The notes below the pieces were generated by a model that did not search any database, was not told the DNA's origin, and was given only the letters and a program-made list of their open reading frames with translations. A DNA stretch of 64,000 bases from Chloroflexota bacterium (GTDB lineage Bacteria; Chloroflexota; Limnocylindria; Limnocylindrales; CSP1-4): contig JBIQKJ010000010.1 of assembly GCA_044506615.1 (NCBI GenBank), forward strand, positions 68,440 to 132,439. The letters are read 5' to 3'. Position numbers and translations under genes: made by a program. Shown in pieces: positions 17,714 to 26,656 of the stretch (its first letter is position 1; every line of letters begins with the position of its first letter).

Positions 17714-18838
17714 TCAGTCGAGGGAAAGCAGGACGGCCTCGATGACGCCGTCCAGGTGGTCCTCGAGGCCGAGCCACACCGGAAGGCGAAGGAGTCGCTC
17801 GCTCGCGGCGTTCGTGTTCTCAAGGTCACCGCTCGCGCGCCCGACCTGACGCCCGTAGGGCGACGAGTGCAGCGGCACGTAGTGGAATACCGACTGCACC
17901 CCTCGGTCGCGGAGCCGGTCGATCGTCGCCGTGCGAGCCTCGAGATCCCGGAACAGCAGGTAGTAGAGGTGCGCGTTGTGCGTCCGACCTTCGGGAACGA
18001 GGGGCCTGCGGACGAGGCCACGCGCTTCTGCCTCGGCGAAGGCCTCGTGGTATCGGCTCCAGATTGCTAGGCGCCGTGCCGTGATCTCCTCAGCGTGCTC
18101 GAGCTGTGCGTAGAGGAACGCCGCAATGATCTCCCCGGGCAGATACGACGAGCCGATGTCCACCCAGGTGTACTTGTCGACCTCGCCTCGGAAGAACTGG
18201 CTGCGGTTCGTCCCCTTCTCGAGGATCACTTCGGCCCGAGCGGCAAGTTGAGCGTCGTTGACGAGAAGTGCGCCGCCTTCGCCCGAGATGACGTTCTTGG
18301 TCTCGTGGAACGACACGGCCGCGAGGTGCCCGTAGCTGCCCACCGGGCGCTCGTGGTACGTGGACATGAGACCCTGCGCGGCGTCCTCAACGACCATCAG
18401 GCCGTGGCGGGTCGCGATGTCCATGATTGCGTCCATCTCGGCCGACACGCCCGCGTAGTGCACGGGTACCAAAGCCCGCGTGCGGGGCGTGATCGCGTCC
18501 TCGATGCGTCGCTCATCGATGTTCAGCGTATCTGGCCTGATGTCCACGAAGACCGGCGTGGCGCCGCGCAGAACGAATGCGTTGGCGGTCGACACGAACG
18601 TGAAGGAGGGAAGGATCACCTCGTCGCCATGGCCGACGCCGCTCAGGATGGCCGCCATCTCGAGCGCGCCCGTGCAGGAATGGGTGAGCAGCGCTCGCGC
18701 CGAGCCCACCCGCTGCTCCAGCCACCGCGAGCAGAGTGCTGCGAACTCGCCCTGTCCGGCCAGGTGGCCGTTCTCGTAGGCCCGCTGGACATACTCCAGC
18801 TCCCTGCCAGTCATGAACGGCTTGTTGAACGGGATCAC
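17714..18838 (-). CDS. DegT/DnrJ/EryC1 aminotransferase, WecE-like (dTDP-4-keto-6-deoxyhexose 4-aminotransferase)
   Basis: GTG 18838 overlaps the upstream stop (GTGA). VIPFNKPFMTGRELEYV, PSFTFVSTANAFVLRGA, SFHETKN (PLP Lys), EKGTNRSQFFRGEVDKYTW. Close to E. coli WecE from memory. Confidence 0.9.
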   Translation of the reverse strand: MIPFNKPFMTGRELEYVQRAYENGHLAGQGEFAALCSRWLEQRVGSARALLTHSCTGALEMAAILSGVGHGDEVILPSFTFVSTANAFVLRGATPVFVDIRPDTLNIDERRIEDAITPRTRALVPVHYAGVSAEMDAIMDIATRHGLMVVEDAAQGLMSTYHERPVGSYGHLAAVSFHETKNVISGEGGALLVNDAQLAARAEVILEKGTNRSQFFRGEVDKYTWVDIGSSYLPGEIIAAFLYAQLEHAEEITARRLAIWSRYHEAFAEAEARGLVRRPLVPEGRTHNAHLYYLLFRDLEARTATIDRLRDRGVQSVFHYVPLHSSPYGRQVGRASGDLENTNAASERLLRLPVWLGLEDHLDGVIEAVLLSLD

Positions 18839-19710
18839 GGAGCCTGGTCCCGCTCGGCCGCGACGAGCAGGGACCCGCCGGCTGGAAACGACAGGCCCGC
18901 CTCGATGAGCCGACGCTCGAGCAACATCACGGGTCGAAGCAGAGCATCGATCGGTGCGGACACGGTCAGCGCGTCGACTCCATCCCGCTCCTCGGGGGCC
19001 CGCTCGCGCAGCCTCGCAAGCATCATGGCCGGCAGAAGCAGCGACACGAACGACGACATCCGACGCAGACGGAAACCCGCGGACTCCAACCTGCGGGCAA
19101 GCTGCTTTGCGACATACCGGCGCCGGTGGGACGCGCGCTCGTCCTGGGCGCTCCACAGGGCGGGGTGCTGCGGCACCGTCAGCAGGAGTCCGCCACCGGG
19201 TCGGAGCGCGCGGTGGAACATGCGCAACGCACCGAGATCGTCGTCGAGGTGCTCGATGACATCGAAGGCTCCGACCAGATCGAATTCCTCCACGAAGGGC
19301 ATTCGCGCCACGTCCACCTGGAGCAGCTTGATGTCGGGGTGGCGTGACCGAGCGATCTCCAACCCCTCGACGAGGACGTCACTGCCGGAGACCGTCGCGT
19401 CCGGCAGGGCGCGGCGCAGCGCCGAGAGAACATAGCCGGTGCCGCATCCTGCTTCGTGGACAGTTCGGCTGCTTGGGAAGTAGCGCCGCGCGGCCCACAT
19501 CACGAGCTGGTTCCGCGCCCGGAACCAGAAGCTTCCATCCTCCAGGCCGGCCAGCCCTTCGAAGTGGCCGGGATCGAAGCCGACCGATTCGAAGGCAAGA
19601 TCCGGGGCGAAGGCGGCAAATCCGCGAACGACCGAGGGGGCGAACCCACAGTCCTCGCACTTCCACTGTCCGTCACATCGGGCCGAACCACAGGCTGCAC
19701 ACGCCTTCAC
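18835..19710 (-). CDS. Class I SAM-dependent methyltransferase with N-terminal zinc-ribbon
   Basis: CxxC...CxxC (CAACGSARCDGQWKCEDCG), VHEAGCGTGYV, FDLVGAFDVIEHL, LRPGGGLLL. GTG 19710 overlaps the GT2 stop. Confidence 0.8.
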   Translation of the reverse strand: MKACAACGSARCDGQWKCEDCGFAPSVVRGFAAFAPDLAFESVGFDPGHFEGLAGLEDGSFWFRARNQLVMWAARRYFPSSRTVHEAGCGTGYVLSALRRALPDATVSGSDVLVEGLEIARSRHPDIKLLQVDVARMPFVEEFDLVGAFDVIEHLDDDLGALRMFHRALRPGGGLLLTVPQHPALWSAQDERASHRRRYVAKQLARRLESAGFRLRRMSSFVSLLLPAMMLARLRERAPEERDGVDALTVSAPIDALLRPVMLLERRLIEAGLSFPAGGSLLVAAERDQAP

Positions 19711-20720
19711 GGACGTTCTGCTGACCCTTCGTGGTCATCGGTCGTCGCGCGCACCACGTAAGTTGGGCGGTCCATCGTTCGGAAGTGAACCCGAGACAGG
19801 TACTCCCCGATGATCCCCAGGGCGAAGAGCTGCGCTCCACTGAAGATCGCGATGATCGACGCAATGAAGGCGAATCCCGGTACGGAGCTCCCGCCGTTGA
19901 CGAGGAAGCTGATCAGGACGTACGCCAGCACCAGGAGCCCGAACACGGTGAAGGCGAACCCGATGAGGCTGGCAACTTGCAGCGGGAACGTGCTGTAGGC
20001 GGTCATCACGTTCATCGCGTGACTGATGAGTGACCTGAGCGTGTAGTTCGAGCGTCCGTTCGCTCGCGGTTCGTGACGAACTTCCACGTGCGTGAACTTC
20101 GTGGTCCCCCAGGACAACAGCGCATCCAGCGCCACAAAGGGGCCCCGATACGCCTCGAATGCGGTGCGAAGCTCGGTGCGAAGCGCTCGAAATGCGCTCA
20201 CGTGGCGTGCAGTCTCCGCACCCATCACGCTCTGCAAGGCGAGCTTTGTGATCCGTGACGCCTGGTCTCGCAGAAAGCCGTGCTGCTCCCGATCCGGCGT
20301 CCCGTAGACGACGTCCATCCCGCCGGATAGCGCTGCCAGAAGTCGGGGTATCTCTTCCGGCGGGTTCTGCAGATCATCATCGATGGTGACCACGACGCTG
20401 TAGGTGGCCGCCCGGATGCCGCAGAGAAGGACGTGGTGCTGCCCGAAGTTGCGGCTCATCTGGAAGCCTCGGACACGCTCGTCGGTGGTTGCGATCTCCC
20501 GGATGACGCTCCACGAGGCGTCGCCGCCGCCATCCTCCACGAGCAGGATCTCGTAGGGAAGCCCAAGGTCCACCATAACGGCCGTGAGCCGCTGGTGGAG
20601 GTCGGGCAGCGTCGTCGCGGATCGGTAGACGGGCACGACGACCGAGACGCCGGACGGCAGCTCGGCTGGCTCCAAGGCATCCGTTGCTACGCGGCGCTCG
20701 ATGTGCCCGTTCAGGATCAA
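19707..20720 (-). CDS. Bitopic GT2, ArnC/GtrB-like polyprenyl-phosphate sugar transferase
   Basis: TTG 20720 overlaps the epimerase stop (TTGA). VSVVVPVYRS, ILLVEDGGGD, RNFGQHHVLLCG, TIDDDLQNPPEEIPRL, two C-terminal TM helices. The rest of ORF 19707..21926 is a shadow of the next gene. Confidence 0.85.
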   Translation of the reverse strand: MILNGHIERRVATDALEPAELPSGVSVVVPVYRSATTLPDLHQRLTAVMVDLGLPYEILLVEDGGGDASWSVIREIATTDERVRGFQMSRNFGQHHVLLCGIRAATYSVVVTIDDDLQNPPEEIPRLLAALSGGMDVVYGTPDREQHGFLRDQASRITKLALQSVMGAETARHVSAFRALRTELRTAFEAYRGPFVALDALLSWGTTKFTHVEVRHEPRANGRSNYTLRSLISHAMNVMTAYSTFPLQVASLIGFAFTVFGLLVLAYVLISFLVNGGSSVPGFAFIASIIAIFSGAQLFALGIIGEYLSRVHFRTMDRPTYVVRATTDDHEGSAERP

Positions 20721-21739
20721 AGCCGGCCTGCCTCCAGCTCGGCCCGGATCCACGGGATCACCTCGTCGAGCATCTGGTCGAGGGTCGTCGTCGCCTCGAA
20801 GCCGAGGACCTCGCGTGCCTTCCGGACGTCGGGGACACGCAGCTGGACATCGTGCTCGAACGGCGGGTCGGAGACGTAGCGGAACGGTCGGTCGGGACCG
20901 TGGATCTTGCGCCAGATCGCCTCGGCCAGCTCGAGCACGGTCGTCGAGGCCGCCGTCGAGAGGTTGAAGTCCTCGTTGATCGCCTTCGGTGACTCCATCG
21001 CGAGGCGGATGCCGTGGGCGAGGTCGCCGCCGTAGGTGTAGTGCCGGACCTGGTTGCCCTCGCCGAGGATGTGCAGCGGGTCCTGGCCCTTGAGCACCTT
21101 GAGCACGAGGTCGGGCACCACGTGTGAGAGGGCGAGCTTGACGTTCCCGCTCATCACGTCGGTGTCGCGGAGGGCCCGGCGCTCGCCGATCCCGACACAG
21201 TTGAACGGTCGCACGATCGTGTATGGCAGCTGGTACTGCTCCCAGGCGCCCTTCGCGAAGTACTCCGACGCGAGCTTCTGGAAGCCGTAGGTCGAGATCG
21301 GTGGCGGCGAGGTCAGCTGGGCGCCCTCGGGCGTCGGGAAGACATCGGACGACTCGTACACCATCGACGAGCTCATGACCACGATGCGCTCGAGATGGCC
21401 GTGCTCGTGGGCGGCGATCGCGGCTTCGAAGGTCGAGGCGAGGATGCGCTCGTTCTCGGCCATGAGGTCGAAGGCGAACTCGTGGAAGTAGCTGATCCCG
21501 CCGATCATCGCGGCGGCCGCGACGACCTGGTCGCAGTCGGCGGCGAGCTCGGTCAGGAGGCCCCGATCCTTCGCGTCGCCCTCGACGAAGCGGTAGCACG
21601 GGTGGCTGTCGTACGACTTCGCCAGCCGGCCGTACTTGCTGAAGTCGTCGACGCCGATGACCTCGTGGCCGGCCTCGAGAAGCTCCGGGACCAGATAGCC
21701 GTTGATGAACCCGGCGGCGCCGGTGATGAGGATGCGCAT
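20717..21739 (-). CDS. NAD-dependent nucleotide-sugar epimerase/dehydratase (extended SDR)
   Basis: MRILITGAAGFINGYL and a YGFQK catalytic dyad context. Confidence 0.85.
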   Translation of the reverse strand: MRILITGAAGFINGYLVPELLEAGHEVIGVDDFSKYGRLAKSYDSHPCYRFVEGDAKDRGLLTELAADCDQVVAAAAMIGGISYFHEFAFDLMAENERILASTFEAAIAAHEHGHLERIVVMSSSMVYESSDVFPTPEGAQLTSPPPISTYGFQKLASEYFAKGAWEQYQLPYTIVRPFNCVGIGERRALRDTDVMSGNVKLALSHVVPDLVLKVLKGQDPLHILGEGNQVRHYTYGGDLAHGIRLAMESPKAINEDFNLSTAASTTVLELAEAIWRKIHGPDRPFRYVSDPPFEHDVQLRVPDVRKAREVLGFEATTTLDQMLDEVIPWIRAELEAGRL

Positions 21740-21799
21740 CGAGGTTCGGCCTCTTCTGGTGTCGCCGGATCCCGGCGCTAGCGTGGGTTGACGAGCCGA

Positions 21800-23008
21800 C
21801 TAGAGCCGAATACCGCCACCGAGGGCTCCCCAGACATCGACGACATCCCTGCCGCCAATCTGGAGGTTCCGGTATGCCTTGTGCGGTGCGCCGAGGACGA
21901 TGACGTCGCTCTCCTGCAGGACGCACTCGAGCGTGGTCAGCCGGTCGTCCTGGACGTAGGGATCCGTGCAGACAACGCGAGCACCGGCCCAGGACAGCAG
22001 CTTTCGCAACTTGTAGGAGAGCGATGCGCGGGTGTCGTCGGACTCACCCTTGAAGGCCATGCCGAGGATGCCAACCGTCTTCCCGCGAAGGCCGCCGTAC
22101 CGGCGCTCGAGGGCCGACACAATGTACGCCGGCAGCCCCTCGTTGACCTGCATCGCCGCCTGACCGAGCGGGAAGTGGTCCGCGGTGAACGCGGCCAACT
22201 GCATGCAGTCCTTGAACAGGCAGGGGCCGGCGGCGAATCCGGGTCCTGGGAGGTCGGCCGCTCGAGGGTAGTCCTCGCGGATCGCCCGAAGGACGTTCGT
22301 GTAGTCGACGCCGGCTTGGTCCGCGATCATGAAGAACTGGTTGGCGACTGCGAACTTCATGTATCGCCAGGTGTTCGTGAAGAGTTTGGCCAGCTCGGCT
22401 TCGCGGGTGCTGGTTCGGATCGTCTTCGCGGCCAGGGTGGCGAACAGCGCGGTCGCCCGTTCGGCGGCGCGGTCGTCGTCGGCGCCGATGATCTGCGGCA
22501 GTGAGTGCAACTCCTCGAGGGCATGGCCCTCGGCGATCCGCTCCGGGCAGAACGCCACATCGACGCGGCAGCCGCGCTCTTCGAGGTGCTGGCGGACGTA
22601 GGCGGTTGTACTGGGGTATACCGTGCTCCGGAGGACCACGAGGGAACCGTCTCGAAGGTGCGGGGCGATCTGCTCGACCGTTCGCTCGAAGATGGTCATC
22701 GACGGCCCGAGGAACTCGTCGACCGGCGTCCCGACAACCACGATCAACTGCTCCGTGCGCTCGATCATCTCGGCGGACGAGCCAAGCTCAAGGCGGCCGG
22801 TGGGCAGGATTCGGGCGAGCAGATCTTCCGCGCCGTTCTCCATGAACGGCATTTCGCCGGCTTCGATCCGGTCGAGCGTCGTCTGGTTCGTGTCGTAGAC
22901 GCCGACCTTCAGCCCGGCGTCCGCAAAGGCGAGGCTCAGTGGAAGTCCGACGTGACCGCCCCCGCCGAGAACGACGACGTCGAGATCGTTCGTGGTCATC
23001 GGCCGCAC
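21800..23008 (-). CDS. Nucleotide-sugar dehydrogenase (UDP-glucose/UDP-ManNAc dehydrogenase family)
   Basis: VVVLGGGGHVGLPLSLAFA Rossmann motif, AAGPCLFKD catalytic Cys, C-terminal UDP-binding domain (GILGMAFKGESDDTR). Confidence 0.85.
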   Translation of the reverse strand: MRPMTTNDLDVVVLGGGGHVGLPLSLAFADAGLKVGVYDTNQTTLDRIEAGEMPFMENGAEDLLARILPTGRLELGSSAEMIERTEQLIVVVGTPVDEFLGPSMTIFERTVEQIAPHLRDGSLVVLRSTVYPSTTAYVRQHLEERGCRVDVAFCPERIAEGHALEELHSLPQIIGADDDRAAERATALFATLAAKTIRTSTREAELAKLFTNTWRYMKFAVANQFFMIADQAGVDYTNVLRAIREDYPRAADLPGPGFAAGPCLFKDCMQLAAFTADHFPLGQAAMQVNEGLPAYIVSALERRYGGLRGKTVGILGMAFKGESDDTRASLSYKLRKLLSWAGARVVCTDPYVQDDRLTTLECVLQESDVIVLGAPHKAYRNLQIGGRDVVDVWGALGGGIRL

Positions 23009-23030
23009 TCTAGCAGCGCGGTGCGCGAAG

Positions 23031-23975
23031 TCACCGCCCCGAAGGTCCTACGGCAGTACCGCTAGCGGCCTTCGGCGCCGATCGCTCGCGCCAGGTGAGA
23101 AGGGCGAGAACGAATAGTGCGGCCGTGCCGGCGCCGGCGACGGGCAGGGCGACGATCGCCGCCGCAATCTTGCTCTGAGCCGGGAGCACGAGCGTTCCGT
23201 AGTAGAACTGCTGGGCGGGCCACATGGCCGGAACCGCGAGCCAGGCGCCGCGATCACGGCCGACAAGCCACAGGGACGCGAGAATCAACGGAGAGAGGGC
23301 CACGAGCACGAGCGTGGGGAGGCCGTTCTCGTTCTGGATGGACAGGCGCGAGCCGATGAGGTCGAGGTCCGCGAGGAACGTGCCCCAGGGCAGGACGCCC
23401 AGCGAGGCGACACCGATCACGGCGAGGATGAGGAGCTGCCGCCCCTGACCGAGGATCAGCACCGGGACAGCCGCGTAGATCTTGAGCAGTGCGGCGAGCC
23501 AGCCGAGCCGCAGCAGGATCAGCGGCACGAGCAGCGCCTGCACGTTCCCCGAGAGCACGCTCTGGACGAGCGGCGGGAAGAGGATCCACCACCACGGGAG
23601 CTGGAGGAGGCGGATCGTGGCCACTGCGCCAACCGCGCACAGCCCGGCGAGAACCAGGTAGCCGGCTTCTGGCGGCAGGAGCGCAAACGGGACGAGCGGC
23701 AACAGCATCGGCGGCGGTGCCGCGAAATAGTTGCCGGCGATGTGCACCTGCCACGGGTCCGCCCCCTCGAGCCAGGCGCGGGTCGCGGCAATGTAGAGGC
23801 GGGCGTCGAAGAAGATGTAGCGCGTATCGAGCAGGGCCTGAGCGAGCCCCATGACGGACTCGATCGCGAACCACGCGGGCAGACCGTAGACCGTGACGAT
23901 CCGTACGACCCATGGTGAGTTGAACGGATAGCGGTCGAGGGGACCCGGCAGCGTCATCGCGGTGCCGTCCGTCAC
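23031..23975 (-). CDS. DUF2029-like small polytopic membrane protein, paralog family A member 3
   Basis: FFDARLYIAATRAWLEGADPW, FAAPPPMLLPL, LPWWWILFPPL, LLKIYA, WPAQQFYY. Start is GTG 23975 (GTGA overlap) or ATG 23957. Confidence 0.65.
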   Translation of the reverse strand: MTDGTAMTLPGPLDRYPFNSPWVVRIVTVYGLPAWFAIESVMGLAQALLDTRYIFFDARLYIAATRAWLEGADPWQVHIAGNYFAAPPPMLLPLVPFALLPPEAGYLVLAGLCAVGAVATIRLLQLPWWWILFPPLVQSVLSGNVQALLVPLILLRLGWLAALLKIYAAVPVLILGQGRQLLILAVIGVASLGVLPWGTFLADLDLIGSRLSIQNENGLPTLVLVALSPLILASLWLVGRDRGAWLAVPAMWPAQQFYYGTLVLPAQSKIAAAIVALPVAGAGTAALFVLALLTWRERSAPKAASGTAVGPSGR

Positions 23976-25402
23976 GGCCGGGCCGTTCGAACGAAGAGGC
24001 TGCCCTCAGCTGCGTCGACCGCCCTCGCCCACCCAGCGTCCGCCAACCGTTCCTCGAAGGCCGCATCGCCTTCCTCGGTCGTGACGAGCGTCACGTCCCA
24101 CTCGTCGAGGATCGTCTCCCAGCCGTCGCCGCCGGTAAGCACCGTCTCGTAGTCGTCCCACACGGCCGCGGGGAACAGCTCGATGCGCGAGTCGATCGCT
24201 ACCGGCAGCTCGGGGAGCGCGAACTGGAACCATGAGCCCCACCGCTGCACGTTGAAGAGGCGGTCGTTGGGTCCGGTCACGTCGCGGAGCGCGATGGTCA
24301 ACTCGGCCGGGGCCTGGCTCAGGACACCCTGCGGCGCGCCGAGTCCCAAATCCGTCGGGCGCCAGAGCGGCAGTAGCGCCACCCCGACGAGGACGAGGAT
24401 CGCGGCGATGGCGCCGTTGGCGAACCGGATCGGCCGTGGGTCGACGCGGCGTACGAGCTCGCCCGGGACAGCTGCCAGCAGCGGCGCCACCGCCGCGACC
24501 GCCGCGAACGGCCACCAGGCGATACCGCGAGCCGCGTAGGTACCGATCAGGAAGAAGAACCCCAGCCAGGCGAGCGTCGCCCACGGCGTCGCCCGACCGC
24601 GCCGGGCGAGGAAGAGCGCCACGAGCAGCGCCGATGCGAAGAAGACGATCCCCTCGACGTCGCGGAGTGAGGTCGGCTGCCACTCGCTGATCCGGCGGGT
24701 CACCTCGGGGTTCGAGCCCAGGACGACGGCATACACCCACACCGCGGGCCCGTGGGGCGTGACGCAAGCGGCCAGCCCAGCGACGACCGCCACGACCAGC
24801 GATCGATGCCTGGCCGTACCGGCGAGCGCGGCGTTCCCGAGGTCCGCCAGCCAGGCGAGCCCGATGACCACCGGCGCGAGGAAGAAGCTGCCGTGGACGT
24901 TGGCCCACAGGAGCGTGATCGGGAAAACGAGCCACAGCGTCCACGGGCGCGCGTGCCGCTCCGAGACGAGGAGGAGCGTCGCGGCGAACAGCGCGATCGC
25001 GATCAGCTGGGGCCGCAGTGCGAGCGCCGGCGCCGCCACGGTGAACGCTCCGAGCACGAGCCACGCCGAGACGCGGACGCCGACGCCTCGCCGCCGGCAC
25101 AGCACCAGCAGCAGCCCGAAGGCCGCGCCGACGAGCAGCGCCCGGAACACGACGAGACCCGTCCATCCGGCCACGCGATAGATGCCAGCCAGCAGGACCT
25201 GCGCGCCCCATTGCTGGTCGAACCACGGCTGGCCGGCCGCGGTGAACGTCCACGTGTCGACGGTCGGGATCCGGCCGGTGTCGAGGATCTCGGCGCCCGC
25301 TCGCAGGTGGTAGGTGAGGTCGGTCGAGGGCAACGGCGCGAGCAGCGACGCGAGGACGGGCAGGGCGACGGCAAGGAACGCCCAGAACGTGCCGAGGTTC
25401 AC
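23972..25402 (-). CDS. Polytopic membrane protein with C-terminal extracytoplasmic domain, GT-C-like, unclassified
   Basis: About 11 TM helices, loop HLRAGAEILDTGRIPTVDTW after TM1, WANVHGSFF, and a hydrophilic ~110-aa tail. Confidence 0.55.
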   Translation of the reverse strand: MNLGTFWAFLAVALPVLASLLAPLPSTDLTYHLRAGAEILDTGRIPTVDTWTFTAAGQPWFDQQWGAQVLLAGIYRVAGWTGLVVFRALLVGAAFGLLLVLCRRRGVGVRVSAWLVLGAFTVAAPALALRPQLIAIALFAATLLLVSERHARPWTLWLVFPITLLWANVHGSFFLAPVVIGLAWLADLGNAALAGTARHRSLVVAVVAGLAACVTPHGPAVWVYAVVLGSNPEVTRRISEWQPTSLRDVEGIVFFASALLVALFLARRGRATPWATLAWLGFFFLIGTYAARGIAWWPFAAVAAVAPLLAAVPGELVRRVDPRPIRFANGAIAAILVLVGVALLPLWRPTDLGLGAPQGVLSQAPAELTIALRDVTGPNDRLFNVQRWGSWFQFALPELPVAIDSRIELFPAAVWDDYETVLTGGDGWETILDEWDVTLVTTEEGDAAFEERLADAGWARAVDAAEGSLFVRTARP

Positions 25403-25452
25403 GGCGCGGATGCTACGCGCCGACGGTGCGCGCCCGCACCGCCCCGATGGTC

Positions 25453-26655
25453 CTATCCGGCGACGACCGCCGGGATCCGGACGCTTCGGGCGCCCTCGGC
25501 GTAGATGTCCTGGATCGCGTTGACCATGAGCTCGATGCAGAACCGGTCGTGGACCATGTCGTGGCCCGTCCGCCCCAGCATGTCCGCGTACGGATGGTCG
25601 GTCAGCAGCCGGGTGATCGCGGCTGCGAGCGCAGCGGGGTCGTGCGGCGGGACCAGCAGCCCGTTCACGCCGTCCTCGATCATCTCGGGGATGCCGCCGA
25701 CATTGGACGCGACGACCGGCCGCGACAGCGCAAGCGCCTCGAGGATCGTCAGCCCCTGCGCCTCACGGTAGGACGGCAGGACCGCGACGTCGAGCGCGGC
25801 GGTCACGGCCGGGACGTCGTCACGACGCCCCGTGAAAACCACGCGGTGAGCGACCCGCAGATCGCGGGCGAGCTGTTCGAGCGCCTCCCGCCGGCTGCCC
25901 TCGCCGATGACGAGCAGGTAGGCGTCGGGCACCGTGCGCAGCACCTGCGGCCACGCCTCGATGAGCGTCGGGTGGCCCTTCTCGGGCTCGAGCCGCGCGA
26001 CGACGCCGACGATCTGCGACCCGGGCTCCATCCCGTACTCGTCGCGCAGCGTGCAGCACGGCTCCTGGTGGTCGTAGCGCTCGAGGTCGACGCCGTTGTA
26101 GATCAGGCGGATCGGCGCGGATGCCCGGCCCTCGTCGTGGAGCTTCTGCTCGATCGATCGCGACACCGCGATCAGCTGGCCGATCTCGGGCGTGAGCCGC
26201 GCGAGCTGCTCGCGGTCCTCTGCCGACCGGACCCGGCTCGAGTGGACCGTCGACACGACGAACGGGCGCCGGTGGCCGGCCTCGCCGAGCGCGATCGCCG
26301 CGCGCGTCCCGACGAGCTCGGCCCGGTACATGTGGTTGTGCAGGACGTCGGGCCGGATGTCGACCAGGTGCGCCGCCAGCGCCCCCACCGCGATCGCGTC
26401 GTCCGGGTCATCGATGACGGTCACCGGGATGCCGGCTCGCTGCAGCTTGCGCACCGACGAGCCGTGGGACAGCGAGACGACCGACACGTCGAAGCGCGAG
26501 CGGTCGATCCGCGTGACGAGCGAGTAGAGGTGCTCCTGCGCGCCGCCGTTCGTGCCGGTGGCGAGCACCTCCACGACGCGCACGCGGTCGGCGGCGGGCG
26601 GCGCCAAGGGGTCGGCGGTCGACACGCACGGATCAGGGCGGCTGGGCGGCGTCAT
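25453..26655 (-). CDS. GT4 (GT-B fold) glycosyltransferase
   Basis: ATG 26655. EPEKG, REAQGLTILEALALSRPVVASNVGGIPEMIEDGVNG (E-x7-E). Confidence 0.85.
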   Translation of the reverse strand: MTPPSRPDPCVSTADPLAPPAADRVRVVEVLATGTNGGAQEHLYSLVTRIDRSRFDVSVVSLSHGSSVRKLQRAGIPVTVIDDPDDAIAVGALAAHLVDIRPDVLHNHMYRAELVGTRAAIALGEAGHRRPFVVSTVHSSRVRSAEDREQLARLTPEIGQLIAVSRSIEQKLHDEGRASAPIRLIYNGVDLERYDHQEPCCTLRDEYGMEPGSQIVGVVARLEPEKGHPTLIEAWPQVLRTVPDAYLLVIGEGSRREALEQLARDLRVAHRVVFTGRRDDVPAVTAALDVAVLPSYREAQGLTILEALALSRPVVASNVGGIPEMIEDGVNGLLVPPHDPAALAAAITRLLTDHPYADMLGRTGHDMVHDRFCIELMVNAIQDIYAEGARSVRIPAVVAG

Positions 26656-26656
26656 G

